Source: Candidatus Nanoarchaeia archaeon
GTDB lineage: Archaea; Nanobdellota; Nanobdellia; SCGC-AAA011-G17; GW2011-AR20
DNA: 64,000 bases
Reading direction: 5' to 3'
Assembly: GCA_035288805.1 (NCBI GenBank)
Contig: DATDZG010000023.1
Coordinates: 15,669-79,668, forward strand
The notes under the pieces were generated by a model. It was not told the origin of the DNA. It did not search any database and saw only the letters and a list, made by a program, of their open reading frames with translations. The position numbers and the translations under genes are program-made. Positions 36,436 through 45,803 of this stretch are shown one piece after another. How positions within the stretch are numbered: position 1 is the stretch's first letter; each line of letters opens with the position of its first letter.

Positions 36436-37287
36436 TTATCTAAAACCGACTTTCTTTTTAATCAAACTAAGAATTCCTTTTTTCCCTTTAACATCTTTTT
36501 TATCAGAAATTTTAAAAGCTTTCCTAGCCCTCTTCGCAATAATCTTCTTCTTAATCTTCTGTTTGATTATCTTCCTTTTAGCCTTAAGTTTCTTAATCTT
36601 CTTAACAATTTTCTTCTTCCTTTCAGGTCCAGCCTTCTTAAGTTTCTTCTTCAGTTTTTTAATCCTCTTCTTAATAGCTTTCTTTTTCGCTTTAAGTTTT
36701 TTAATCTTAGTCTTCTTAACAACCTTCTTAACAGTCCTCTTAACCTTAACAGCCTCTTTAGGAGTTTCAATTGGAACACTTAAAACATCTATCTCTTTTT
36801 TCAAATAATCAATGCCAGCAATCAAAGCTTCTTTGTCAAATTCCTTGGATTTCCTGATTAAAACCTGCTCGCATTCAGGGCATTTAAACCCATGTTCCAA
36901 AGCTCTTACAGCATTAAACTCAACATGCCCATCAGGGCAATTGTATTTTTCTTCAGCATCTCTATTAAGTTGTTTTTCCATCTGTTCAAGTTTTGATTTC
37001 TTCTTGGCAAGCAAAACACCAACAGCATGTTTTAAATTAAAAGTCCAATAATAAATATACCACCCTTTCTGCCTGTCTTTTTTCCTTGTAGAACTAACCA
37101 AATTTCCAGCGTGCAACCCATAGAGCAAATTTCTAACATAGTTAATGCTCAGTTTAAGGTTTTCAGCAATATCAAACTCGCTGACGTTGCTCTTACCCCA
37201 AAGCTGTCTAAACACCTTTATAGTATCTTCATTAAAATTTTCCTTAATATAATCTTCCAGTATCTTGACAAGTTCCTGCATCCCCAT
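36436..37287 (-). CDS. tfe: Transcription factor E alpha with Lys-rich C-terminal tail
   Basis: wHTH SEFDIAE..VRNLLY.L, RKKD..KGWYIYYW, zinc ribbon CPDGH..FKCPEC. Confidence 0.9.
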   Translation of the reverse strand: MGMQELVKILEDYIKENFNEDTIKVFRQLWGKSNVSEFDIAENLKLSINYVRNLLYGLHAGNLVSSTRKKDRQKGWYIYYWTFNLKHAVGVLLAKKKSKLEQMEKQLNRDAEEKYNCPDGHVEFNAVRALEHGFKCPECEQVLIRKSKEFDKEALIAGIDYLKKEIDVLSVPIETPKEAVKVKRTVKKVVKKTKIKKLKAKKKAIKKRIKKLKKKLKKAGPERKKKIVKKIKKLKAKRKIIKQKIKKKIIAKRARKAFKISDKKDVKGKKGILSLIKKKVGFR

Positions 37288-37310
37288 TATTAGCCAAACG
37301 AGTGTTTAAA

Positions 37311-37490
37311 AAACTTTCTTTTCCGAGGAGTTTTCCCATTCTTAGTTTCTTTTCCATTAATGCTTTTCTTTTCTAAAGAAAAGGCTTATTTGAAAGTCTT
37401 TCTTTTCCCGAGGGTTTAGTTCAAGGTCCATTGGACTTGAACTACTGTTCACCAAAGGTGAACATTTTCTTTCTTAAAGAAAAAAAGCTT
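37311..37490 (+). repeat. Cluster of D repeats with nested B double hairpin
   Basis: tttcttttcccgagggttt-[agttcaaggtccattggacttgaact-ac-tgttcaccaaaggtgaaca]-ttttctttcttaaagaaaa. Confidence 0.8.
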
Positions 37491-37568
37491 AGTTACTACT
37501 TTAAAATAAGGAGAAAAGCTTTAATAATCTCTTTAATGCATTTAGCATATGAGTGGAGGTGTTCTATA

Positions 37569-38000
37569 ATGGGTTTATTCAATAGAAAAAAAACTCTTCC
37601 TGAGCTGCCAAAGCCAGAGATGCAGTCAAACGATAGTATAAGACTTCCAGATTTTCCATCAAACGATTTTCCTTCTTACGAAGCTTTATCTTCTGATCTG
37701 GGTTCAATTAAAAAAGCAGTAAGAAGCCCAATGCCTCAGCAAAGTATGGGTATGATGCACGAAGAGCCACAAAGACCAACAGGTAATGAAAAAACATTGT
37801 TCATAAAAATAGACGATTATGAAACAGCAATGGCTGCAATAGAAAGGTTAAAAGAAAAATTAAAAGATGTTGATTCTGTTCTAAACACTTTAGAAAAGTT
37901 AAAGCGCCAGGAAGATGCTGAATTGGAATCTTGGCATAAGGATGTAGAAGCTTTAAAACAAAGATTAATGACTGTAGAAAGCAGGTTATTCCATATCTAA
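37569..38000 (+). CDS. Hypothetical coiled-coil protein
   Basis: MGLFNRKK, Pro-rich linker, LFIKIDDY followed by coiled coil. Confidence 0.75.
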   Translation: MGLFNRKKTLPELPKPEMQSNDSIRLPDFPSNDFPSYEALSSDLGSIKKAVRSPMPQQSMGMMHEEPQRPTGNEKTLFIKIDDYETAMAAIERLKEKLKDVDSVLNTLEKLKRQEDAELESWHKDVEALKQRLMTVESRLFHI

Positions 38001-38002
38001 AA

Positions 38003-38636
38003 TGATACTCCTCGACCTAAAGGTCGAGGTATCTCGTGAAGGCTACACTCAAAGTGTTGCCTGATGTTCAAAAGTCCAGCCATGTTGGCTTTGCTGGATG
38101 TAATGCTGAATCGTATCAGAAGTAACATTACCCACAGAACGATAAAACTTTCCAGCACTCCAGAAATGCCCTCGACGAAAATGTGTTTTTCGAAGAGAAG
38201 GAAAAGCATGCAATATCCTGTATGCAGAATTTCCTTTAAACAACTGCACAACCTGACTCACAGAATAGTGAGGAGGAAACTCAACAAATAAGTGCACATG
38301 GTCTGGCTGAATTTCCAAAGCATGAATGGTGAAGTTGTGCTGATACGCAACTCCACGAAAGCTTTTTTCACAAAGCTTTTTAATACCTGAGTATCGAAAA
38401 TATTGATACCGACATTTTGGGACAAACACAAGGTGATAGGTGGTTTGTCCATACCCGTGTTGAAATGCTTGTAGTTCCATTTTGCCTCCTGCACAAGTGG
38501 AACAGAGTTCACACTATCACAATCGTCGTATGAGTGCGTGAAATTCCTTGCGCACTCTTCATATTGAAAATGTTAAAGAAAAAGTTAACGGAGGATGGCA
38601 ATTCCTCCCAGCACTAAACTGCTGGGTATCCTTGCC
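38003..38636 (-). mobile_element. IS200/IS605-family element carrying tnpA only
   Basis: Subterminal hairpins cctcgacc-taaa-ggtcgagg (about 38010-38029) and cccagca-ctaaac-tgctggg within ggcaa..ttgcc (38597-38636); no tnpB; exact ends approximate. Confidence 0.85.
38049..38480 (-). CDS. tnpA: IS200/IS605 Y1 (HUH) transposase
   Basis: YHLVFVPKCR, PDHVHL, KGNSA, FWSAG, YIQQ. Confidence 0.95.
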   Translation of the reverse strand: MELQAFQHGYGQTTYHLVFVPKCRYQYFRYSGIKKLCEKSFRGVAYQHNFTIHALEIQPDHVHLFVEFPPHYSVSQVVQLFKGNSAYRILHAFPSLRKTHFRRGHFWSAGKFYRSVGNVTSDTIQHYIQQSQHGWTFEHQATL

Positions 38637-38645
38637 ATAAATGTA

Positions 38646-39053
38646 ATGAAAAAACATCTTGAAAACAGGCCTGTATATGTCCAGTTAGAGAATCCTTCTT
38701 CAACAAGGAAAAATGTATTAGAATCAGCAATAATTGCTGTTGAACTTCTTGAAAAATACGAATATACAAAAGAGATTAAAGCATTAAAAAGAGAGAAAAT
38801 GAAACTGGCAAAGAAAATAGTTTACGATTTAAACCTCGAACTATCAGCATTGACAAAAGCCCTCCCTCAGGCTTACATAAGCAAAAAAGAAAAAAGAATG
38901 GTAAATAATGAGTCCAGAGAATCTCAGGGTAAAAAACCTGTTTCCCTCCCAGAGCAAAGCAAGCAAAAGAAGAAAAAACCAAACTCAGAGCTAAAACGCT
39001 TAGAATCAGAGCTTTACGAGATAAAGAACAAGCTTTCAGGCCTGGATATGTAA
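38646..39053 (+). CDS. Hypothetical coiled-coil protein
   Basis: Start ATG 38646; the longer ORF start lies inside the IS end. Confidence 0.7.
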   Translation: MKKHLENRPVYVQLENPSSTRKNVLESAIIAVELLEKYEYTKEIKALKREKMKLAKKIVYDLNLELSALTKALPQAYISKKEKRMVNNESRESQGKKPVSLPEQSKQKKKKPNSELKRLESELYEIKNKLSGLDM

Positions 39054-39104
39054 CCAACAGACGAATCAGATAGGTTTATAACTTTTTTCCTCTCTTTCTA
39101 AGAT

Positions 39105-39632
39105 ATGAAATTATTCAGTTTAGTCCTGGCAGTCTTAGTATTATCCTCAGTAGTTCAGGCAGCATCGCTTTACAAAGAAGACTTCTCAAATATTAATCAG
39201 CAGACATTTACATTAAAAGAAAAAGACACAGTAAGGATTTTCTATTTAGGCAAAGAAACAGAGGTGATGTTAAGGTCTGTAGATGCACAAAAAAACTCAT
39301 TAAAACTAACCTTGTTCATAGAAGGAGCAGAAACTCCTCAATATGTGACATTAAAACAAGGCATAAATATAATGTTTGATGTAGATAAAGATAGAATAAA
39401 AGATTTAATCATAAGACCAATTTACATAAGCAAAGAAAATTCAGTGATTTCAATAGAAAAAATCTCTATTGAAAACCAGCCAGCAGGTCCAACAGGAGAA
39501 GCAATATCAATTCCAAAAGTAGAAAGTTCAGAGCCAAAAACAAATTTAAAAGTTGGATTATACATCTCTCTTGGAATAATTATCATAGGATTGACAACAT
39601 TTTTAATTTTTAGGAAAAAAAAGAATCAATAG
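39105..39632 (+). CDS. Secreted protein with C-terminal TM anchor
   Basis: Signal peptide, beta-rich domain with DVDKD loop, TM plus basic tail. Confidence 0.75.
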   Translation: MKLFSLVLAVLVLSSVVQAASLYKEDFSNINQQTFTLKEKDTVRIFYLGKETEVMLRSVDAQKNSLKLTLFIEGAETPQYVTLKQGINIMFDVDKDRIKDLIIRPIYISKENSVISIEKISIENQPAGPTGEAISIPKVESSEPKTNLKVGLYISLGIIIIGLTTFLIFRKKKNQ

Positions 39633-39636
39633 AGAG

Positions 39637-39723
39637 CTTTGAATAACATTCTTTTTAAGTGATATTCAAAGCACTTCTTTGAGGATTTTGACAAATTTTT
39701 TATAAGGCAGTCAAATTCCTCAA
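39637..39723. terminator. Two hairpins between convergent genes
   Basis: gctttgaata..tattcaaagc and ttgaggattttgac..gtcaaattcctcaa. Confidence 0.5.
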
Positions 39724-40415
39724 TAATATTTTTGCTTTCTCTTCCAATAACCATAGCTTTTTCTCTTTACTATCAAAACAACCAGAATTAATACCAATAA
39801 AAATCCAAAAAGGATTAATGTTGCTTTTTTAAACTGCTCTGTCCCAAAAGCAGGAGACGCAGAAGCATTGGACATATTAACAAATAAACCTGTGGTTGTT
39901 GAGGTTGTTGTGCTCTCAACAGCAGCTCCAGCGGGTAAAGTAGTTGAGGTTGTGCTCTCTTCACTGCATTTAGGGTTCTCATTATAAGTGCATTTTCCTC
40001 TGCCACAAATCCCAATTAAGCAGGAATCATCGCTCTTGCAGTCCCTTGCAGTCTTGCATTCAGAAACAAACTGCTCAACACATTTCTGATTAGAGCATAA
40101 GTTATTTGCACATAACCCCCCATCATCATCTCCCAAATCAATCTGAAATTCAACATAGTTAAATTTCTTTTGTCTCACATCAAAAAGCATTCCATTAAAG
40201 TTCTTATCGCCATCAATCAAAACTCTGCCATTGTTAACGCAAAGAATAAAAGAATCAGGATTAGATGCAACCAGAGTCATATTAACTCCTTTAAATTCAA
40301 AGCTCTCCCACAAGTCAAGAGCAATCTCTTTCTTCGCTGCACTAACTAACATAGAACTTACAATAATTATCCCTAAAATCATTGCTATTATCTTGATGGT
40401 TTTCATGTTGTTCAT
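39720..40415 (-). CDS. Secreted Cys-rich protein with Thr-rich linker and TM anchor
   Basis: Signal peptide, Cys cluster, STTSTT, TM plus basic tail. Confidence 0.75.
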   Translation of the reverse strand: MNNMKTIKIIAMILGIIIVSSMLVSAAKKEIALDLWESFEFKGVNMTLVASNPDSFILCVNNGRVLIDGDKNFNGMLFDVRQKKFNYVEFQIDLGDDDGGLCANNLCSNQKCVEQFVSECKTARDCKSDDSCLIGICGRGKCTYNENPKCSEESTTSTTLPAGAAVESTTTSTTTGLFVNMSNASASPAFGTEQFKKATLILFGFLLVLILVVLIVKRKSYGYWKRKQKYY

Positions 40416-40481
40416 TTTCCTAGAAGTTCTCTTCTGTTTTCTTTTTGCCTTAAGCATTTTTCTTTTACAAAAGAAAAATGC

Positions 40482-41153
40482 TTATATTATCAAAAAGAGG
40501 AATATTAAAAAGGTATATAAAGCTACCCCACTAAAGAATAATAACACATGATGCTCTGATTCTTTAGCATGTTCCTTTACTGCAAGAAAAGTGCTGCATC
40601 CAATTAAGAATCCCAAAACACAAAAAGAAATTAAAAAAGAGATAAAAACAAGCTTTGCAGCGATTACACCAATAAGCCCTGAAGAGAAAAACAATAGTTT
40701 AACAAACAAACCCTCTTTAAAATCAGGATGAACATGAAATAAACTAATCTCCCCAAATATAGAATAAAGAAAAATCGGAATAAAAAAGAGTATTCCAGAA
40801 ATCAGGCTAAGATTAAGCAGAGTTGTTAAGCCCATCCCAATCAATAGATAGTACAAAAAAATCCCGAAAGCATGAAAAAGCCCGATTTCTTTGGCAATAA
40901 TCCTTGTTTTAGGATGAGAATAAACAAATTTTCCAAGCAAAAAAAACAATAAAAATCCTAAAAGAACAAAAAAGAAAACCAACTCCTCAATATACTTGTT
41001 CTCTCTCAACAGCAAAGGATACAATTGTAAAAACAAATGCGCAATCAACAATCCTGCAGCAAAACTAACAACCTTATTTTTATTCCTGTAATCAATCAAA
41101 GAACTCAATAACAACCCAAGTCCTAACAGCCCTCCAAAAACATAAGCTAGCAC
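40482..41153 (-). CDS. Multi-TM protein, ZIP-transporter-like
   Basis: SFAAG..FL.L.P pattern; 7-8 TMs. Confidence 0.6.
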   Translation of the reverse strand: MLAYVFGGLLGLGLLLSSLIDYRNKNKVVSFAAGLLIAHLFLQLYPLLLRENKYIEELVFFFVLLGFLLFFLLGKFVYSHPKTRIIAKEIGLFHAFGIFLYYLLIGMGLTTLLNLSLISGILFFIPIFLYSIFGEISLFHVHPDFKEGLFVKLLFFSSGLIGVIAAKLVFISFLISFCVLGFLIGCSTFLAVKEHAKESEHHVLLFFSGVALYTFLIFLFLII

Positions 41154-41216
41154 AATAACCTCAATATTAAAGAATATATAAATTTATGGCTGTAAAGATT
41201 ATTTTGGAGTGTCCTA

Positions 41217-42062
41217 TTATTTTTCTTTCTTTTTGTGTCCAAGTCTCTTTTGTTTCTCAGACATTTCCAAGAAATTATCATTTGAAAAAACACTTTTCCC
41301 AAGTTTCTGTTCAATATCTTTTCTTGTTGAACCAGCAACATCCCCACCATCTTTCGCATCTTTCTTCAATCTTGGAAACTCTTTAGAATCTCTTTCTCTT
41401 GTAAATCTGGTTGTTGTCGCTTCTCCAAGCATAGTAAGAATAAGCTCCAAATCATCCATGTGGTCCCTTAAGTTTTCTTTTTTAAGCTGTTTATGTTGCT
41501 TGTATTCTTCTACGGTTTTTCCAAAGGTCGCTTTGCTTATCTCGTTAGTTAAAATCCCATAATCTCTGTTTTTTTCAACGCCTCTTTTCTTCCACTCGTC
41601 AGTTAACTCCTGCCTAACATGAATCCCCCTTACTCTTTTCTCAACCCATTCATCAGAATAACCTTTAAGTTTATACAACTCTTTCATACGTTTTTGAGCC
41701 AATTCAGGGTCTTCTATTTCCTGTATTCTTTCATAACCTACTTGAGCAAGCCATAGCTTAAACGGTTCTGCTTTAGGAGAGGGTATTGATTGGATAAGTC
41801 TTAATAATGTTGGGGTACTAGCACAATCAGTCTCATAATACTTTCCATCAGATGAAAGTAATTTCAGTTGGTTACATTTTGTAACCGACTCACTGCCTTC
41901 TTCATTTAATCTATGTTTAAGCACCTTCCAGTAATTCCTTGCGTCTGCACTCTCTGAAAGGATCCCCACAATATCAACCACAGAAAACCACCATTCATCA
42001 TTGTGCCAGATTCTTCTAATTTTCTTGTCCTGAAATACAACTAAGGAGTTAATCTTATCCAT
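41217..42062 (-). CDS. BRO-N domain protein (phage antirepressor-like)
   Basis: IRRIW..EWWFSVVDIV, YWKVLKHRL, RLIQSIPSPKAEPFKLWLAQVG, NLRDHM. Confidence 0.9.
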   Translation of the reverse strand: MDKINSLVVFQDKKIRRIWHNDEWWFSVVDIVGILSESADARNYWKVLKHRLNEEGSESVTKCNQLKLLSSDGKYYETDCASTPTLLRLIQSIPSPKAEPFKLWLAQVGYERIQEIEDPELAQKRMKELYKLKGYSDEWVEKRVRGIHVRQELTDEWKKRGVEKNRDYGILTNEISKATFGKTVEEYKQHKQLKKENLRDHMDDLELILTMLGEATTTRFTRERDSKEFPRLKKDAKDGGDVAGSTRKDIEQKLGKSVFSNDNFLEMSEKQKRLGHKKKEK

Positions 42063-42084
42063 ATAAAGAGAGAATACAGATTTA

Positions 42085-42134
42085 TTTATAAGCTTCACGC
42101 GGGTGGTTGTCGTCTGTCTATTGTTTTTGATATA
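42085..42134 (+). repeat. Repeat family E
   Basis: tttataagcttcacgcgggtggttgtcgtctgtctattgtttttgatata; copies at 47707 and 63546 (inverse). Confidence 0.75.
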
Positions 42135-42167
42135 TATGTTGGAGAATACACTCCTAGGGTTATGAAA

Positions 42168-43487
42168 CTATTTGTATCTATGCTGATGCCTTAAATTGTG
42201 CTCGTCCGGAACTAATTCTTCTAAGTTATCAATATTATTATTTCTTTTATTAAAATCTTTATGATGGATTTCATATCGATTCTTTATTTTCCTATTATGC
42301 TTATGCTCAAACCACCACCTATGAAATAAATCTCCGGTGTTATGGAATACCTCATAACCCTCTTCATTTATGTGAACCTTAGTCCCTTGTTTATTTGTAC
42401 GAGGTCGTAATCTTTCATTTCTAAGTTTTTCTCTTGCTTCTTCAAGTTCTTTTGTTTCTCTTATCGCTTCTTCTTTTAATTCCATTACTACATCCAATCT
42501 TATTTTAGCTTCAGCCTCATTTCTCTTTAATTCCTCTTCATACCTAGCTTTTACATGCCCTTTAGCATTTTTTATTTTCAAGATTAATTCATCATGATTT
42601 TTATTTAACTTATCCTTTTCTTTCTTTAATCTTTCAAGTTTTTCGTTATTTTCTTTGACGCTATCTTCTTTTTCAGTTAATTCCTCTTCTAAATCTTTAA
42701 GTTTTTTATCTAAGCCTTCTTTCTTCACAAAGAACACAAAAATAATGATTATTGCTAATATTCCTAAAATCCAATAAATCCAATTCTTAAAAGTAGTCTC
42801 TTTATTCGGTTTACAAACCCCTTCTTTCCCTATACCGGAAAGGCATTCCCATTCACATTTGTATGATTCTCCAACATTTTTTGTTGAGGGTTTTAAACAA
42901 GTTTGGTTATTACAATTTAACATCCCTTCCGGACATTGCCAATCTTCTTTACCACAAAAACCTGCAATAGTACATTTATTATAACCGCATTGTCCATCCT
43001 CTTTGCAAACATCACCATCATTTAAACAAATTTTTCCATCTTTACATTTCTGACAAACATCTCTCGTTTTATTAACCATTTCAAGCCTATAAAAAATCCC
43101 TAAAGGTAGAGTCACATTAATCTTAACATCAGTTACACTTCCGGTTACACCATGCCCCCTTTCTATGAAACTAAAAGAATTTGGAGATATATCCCCTTCT
43201 GCAATTTCAAACTGATCTCCATACCAACTTGATCTATCCCAATAAGAAATTTGAATCTTAACAGAATAACTCAAAGTATTCAATACCTTGAATGTTGTTT
43301 GATCTTTATTAGAATTTATCTCCATGATAGATATATTTCCAGAAATATATTCATTATTCCAATAATATTTTGTCTCTTCTACTTGATACATCTCTTTTTC
43401 TTTATATTGACATTCGGAAGATGCACTTACAACTAAAGGTATAAAAAATAAAAGTAAAATAATGAAAATAAATGCAGGCTTTCTCAT
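42168..43487 (-). CDS. Membrane-anchored protein: secreted Cys-rich domain, TM, coiled coil, HNH nuclease
   Basis: Signal peptide; many Cys; WIYWILGILAIIIIFVFFV; HR..EIHHKDFNKRNNNIDNL..EH. Confidence 0.85.
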   Translation of the reverse strand: MRKPAFIFIILLLFFIPLVVSASSECQYKEKEMYQVEETKYYWNNEYISGNISIMEINSNKDQTTFKVLNTLSYSVKIQISYWDRSSWYGDQFEIAEGDISPNSFSFIERGHGVTGSVTDVKINVTLPLGIFYRLEMVNKTRDVCQKCKDGKICLNDGDVCKEDGQCGYNKCTIAGFCGKEDWQCPEGMLNCNNQTCLKPSTKNVGESYKCEWECLSGIGKEGVCKPNKETTFKNWIYWILGILAIIIIFVFFVKKEGLDKKLKDLEEELTEKEDSVKENNEKLERLKKEKDKLNKNHDELILKIKNAKGHVKARYEEELKRNEAEAKIRLDVVMELKEEAIRETKELEEAREKLRNERLRPRTNKQGTKVHINEEGYEVFHNTGDLFHRWWFEHKHNRKIKNRYEIHHKDFNKRNNNIDNLEELVPDEHNLRHQHRYK

Positions 43488-43572
43488 CCTTCCACCTTCT
43501 CAAACAACCAGCGTACTGCTATCATATCAGAATAGGGATTCTAAAAATATATAAACTTAACCAGCAATATCT

Positions 43573-43615
43573 GTGGACGCATAGGGTTGATAAGGGAAAC
43601 GCAGGTAGCCCTTAT
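43573..43615 (+). repeat. Repeat modules F+C, copy 2
   Basis: gtggacgcatagggttgataagggaaacgcaggtagcccttat; includes the protease gene stop codon. Confidence 0.8.
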
Positions 43616-44538
43616 TGAGCAGCCAAAGCTTCATTATACTTAACAATCAACCCATCACTAACTTTCTTGGCATCATTAGAATTCAATGCAAAGCCAAGAC
43701 CTTCAACAGAGGTCTGAGAAATCTTAAAATTATTTATCCCCATAATCTCTCCCTGAGCATTAATCAAAGGCCCTCCAGAATTCCCAGGATTAATCGCAAC
43801 ATCAGTTTGAATGTAAGTTCCAGGAGAATCCTTTTTTCCACGATTCAACCCAGAAACAATGCCCTCAGAAACACTAAAACTTAATCCGAGAGGATTCCCC
43901 ACAGCAATCACTTTCTCCCCAACATTCAGCTCATCACTATCGCCATAATCCAAAGCAGAGTACCCAGATTCAATCTTCAACAAAGCCACATCATAAGGAG
44001 CACTATACCCAATCAAAACAGCATTATGTTGCTTGCCATCATACGTTAAAACTCTATAATTTTTAGCATTCTCAACAACATGATAATTCGTAACTACAAA
44101 TCCATTTCCATCAACAATAGCCCCAGAACCTAAACTTCCAGAAGCCTCGATACTGACAACGCTCTTCAAAACATCTTTAATTACCCCAGAAAAATCTCCT
44201 CCAGCACTCTGCACATTAGAAATTTGTTTCTCCAACAATCCCAGTTTACTCTCGCTGCTGCTCTTCAAAGAACCCAAATCTATTTGCAATTCTCTTACAT
44301 TCCCAGCAACCTCTCCAAGAGATTTTTGATTTTCTTCAGCAAGAGAAGTAATCCTTAAATTAATGTTTTTACCGAACTCTTCTTGATTGTTATTAACCTG
44401 GTCAAATCCTTTTATCGTTTCTTCTTTAATCTGATTAAGAGAATAAAACTGATAACTTATTAAAATTACCAAAATCCCAATTACACTAAAAAGTATAATC
44501 CTCTCAAGATTATAGCTTTTATCTGATTTAACCATCAT
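43612..44538 (-). CDS. HtrA-like trypsin serine protease (TM, coiled coil, no PDZ)
   Basis: TNYHVV, DVALLK, IQTDVAINPGNSGGPL. Confidence 0.92.
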   Translation of the reverse strand: MMVKSDKSYNLERIILFSVIGILVILISYQFYSLNQIKEETIKGFDQVNNNQEEFGKNINLRITSLAEENQKSLGEVAGNVRELQIDLGSLKSSSESKLGLLEKQISNVQSAGGDFSGVIKDVLKSVVSIEASGSLGSGAIVDGNGFVVTNYHVVENAKNYRVLTYDGKQHNAVLIGYSAPYDVALLKIESGYSALDYGDSDELNVGEKVIAVGNPLGLSFSVSEGIVSGLNRGKKDSPGTYIQTDVAINPGNSGGPLINAQGEIMGINNFKISQTSVEGLGFALNSNDAKKVSDGLIVKYNEALAAQ

Positions 44539-44578
44539 AATAAACGGGAAATAGTATTTTTAAGTTTAACTATAAAAA

Positions 44579-44824
44579 TCAACCAGTCTTTAATATCTTC
44601 TCGATAGCGTGTTTGTCAAACCCAACAACAACATTTTTCCCAATCACAATTACAGGCACTCCAGATTGTCCTGAGATATTAATCATCTCTTTAACCTTTT
44701 CTCTGGAATCAACATCAATCTCTTTAAACGCAATTTTCTTGCTCTTAAAGTATTTTTTAGCCTCAATACAATAATGACACGTCTTTGTTGTGTATATCTT
44801 AATCTCAGGTTTTAGATTTGCCAT
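44579..44824 (-). CDS. Glutaredoxin/NrdH-like protein
   Basis: CHYC, SGQSGVPVI, VGFD. Confidence 0.9.
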   Translation of the reverse strand: MANLKPEIKIYTTKTCHYCIEAKKYFKSKKIAFKEIDVDSREKVKEMINISGQSGVPVIVIGKNVVVGFDKHAIEKILKTG

Positions 44825-44837
44825 GTTAAAAAAATAA

Positions 44838-44913
44838 ATGGTTGTATAGGGTTCAATTTTTCCCCTAGGGCTTTTTTTAAAAGGGCTCTAAGGGAAACGC
44901 AGGTAGCCCTTAT
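44838..44913 (+). repeat. Degenerate F module plus C hairpin, copy 3
   Basis: atggttgtatagggttcaa ... taagggaaacgcaggtagcccttat; includes the DsbA stop codon. Confidence 0.75.
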
Positions 44914-45680
44914 GCATTAAGCTCAGCATCTATAACAGATTTAAAGTTTGCAAAGGGCATTGCACCACTTACCAATTTCCCATTGATAATAAACCCAGGA
45001 GTCCCGCTAATTCCTGCTCTTTGCCCATCCTGTTCATCCTTCTGAGTTTCCTGTGCATACTTCCCAGTATCTAAGCAGTCATTAAACTTCTTAGTATCCA
45101 ACTTCAAATCTACAGCATACTTCTTCAAATCAGTTACAGCGATGCTTTGTTGATTCTTAAACATCAAATCATGCATCTCCCAGAATTTGCCTTGCTCATC
45201 AGCACACTCAGAAGCCTCAGCAGCTTTCTGTGCATTTTCATGGAAACTCAATGGAAAATCTCTGTAAACAAATTTAACTTTTCCAGTATCAATATAATTC
45301 TTTTTTATATCAACATAAGCCCCTTCTTCAAATCTTGCACAAAAAGGGCATTGATAATCTGAAAATTCTATCATAACAACTTTAGCATCTTTATTTCCAA
45401 GATAGGGGTCATCATCAGCAAGTTCTTTGGCATTCACAGTTGCAATTCCTGTAGGCAAACCAGAAGGCGCAGGACTTGGACTAGGACTTGGTGAAGGCGA
45501 TGGAGCATATCCTGATGGTGCTGCATCTTTTACAATTCCAAATCCAGAAGTAAATATACTAACAACCAATAATAATCCTAATATCCCGGAAACAATCATC
45601 CATAATGTTGATTTGCTTATTTCAACAGTCCCAGAATCCTTTTGATGATGATGTTCATGATGTTCGTGTTGATCACTCAT
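44910..45680 (-). CDS. Membrane-anchored DsbA/BdbD-like thiol-disulfide oxidoreductase
   Basis: EFSDYQCPFC, YRDFPL, GISGTPGF. Confidence 0.92.
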   Translation of the reverse strand: MSDQHEHHEHHHQKDSGTVEISKSTLWMIVSGILGLLLVVSIFTSGFGIVKDAAPSGYAPSPSPSPSPSPAPSGLPTGIATVNAKELADDDPYLGNKDAKVVMIEFSDYQCPFCARFEEGAYVDIKKNYIDTGKVKFVYRDFPLSFHENAQKAAEASECADEQGKFWEMHDLMFKNQQSIAVTDLKKYAVDLKLDTKKFNDCLDTGKYAQETQKDEQDGQRAGISGTPGFIINGKLVSGAMPFANFKSVIDAELNA

Positions 45681-45803
45681 AATAACCCCTCCATTAAGAT
45701 TTTATAATGAATTTAACGATTGTTTATTAACTTTTCGCTTCCCGTGTTAAAATCTAAAGAATCTTTAGGTAACCTTTAAAATCTGTGAATCTTGTAAGTT
45801 TAT

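Noticed and set aside
36359..36808. Hydrophobic + strand ORFs of 149 and 116 aa
   Set aside because: Antisense shadows of the lysine-rich TFE tail
41217..43487. Prophage or provirus suggested by BRO-N and HNH
   Set aside because: No integrase, capsid, terminase or att sites; flanks are cellular genes
43590..43615. C hairpin as SECIS element
   Set aside because: Adjacent genes have no in-frame UGA and the purine-rich loop is on the non-transcribed strand
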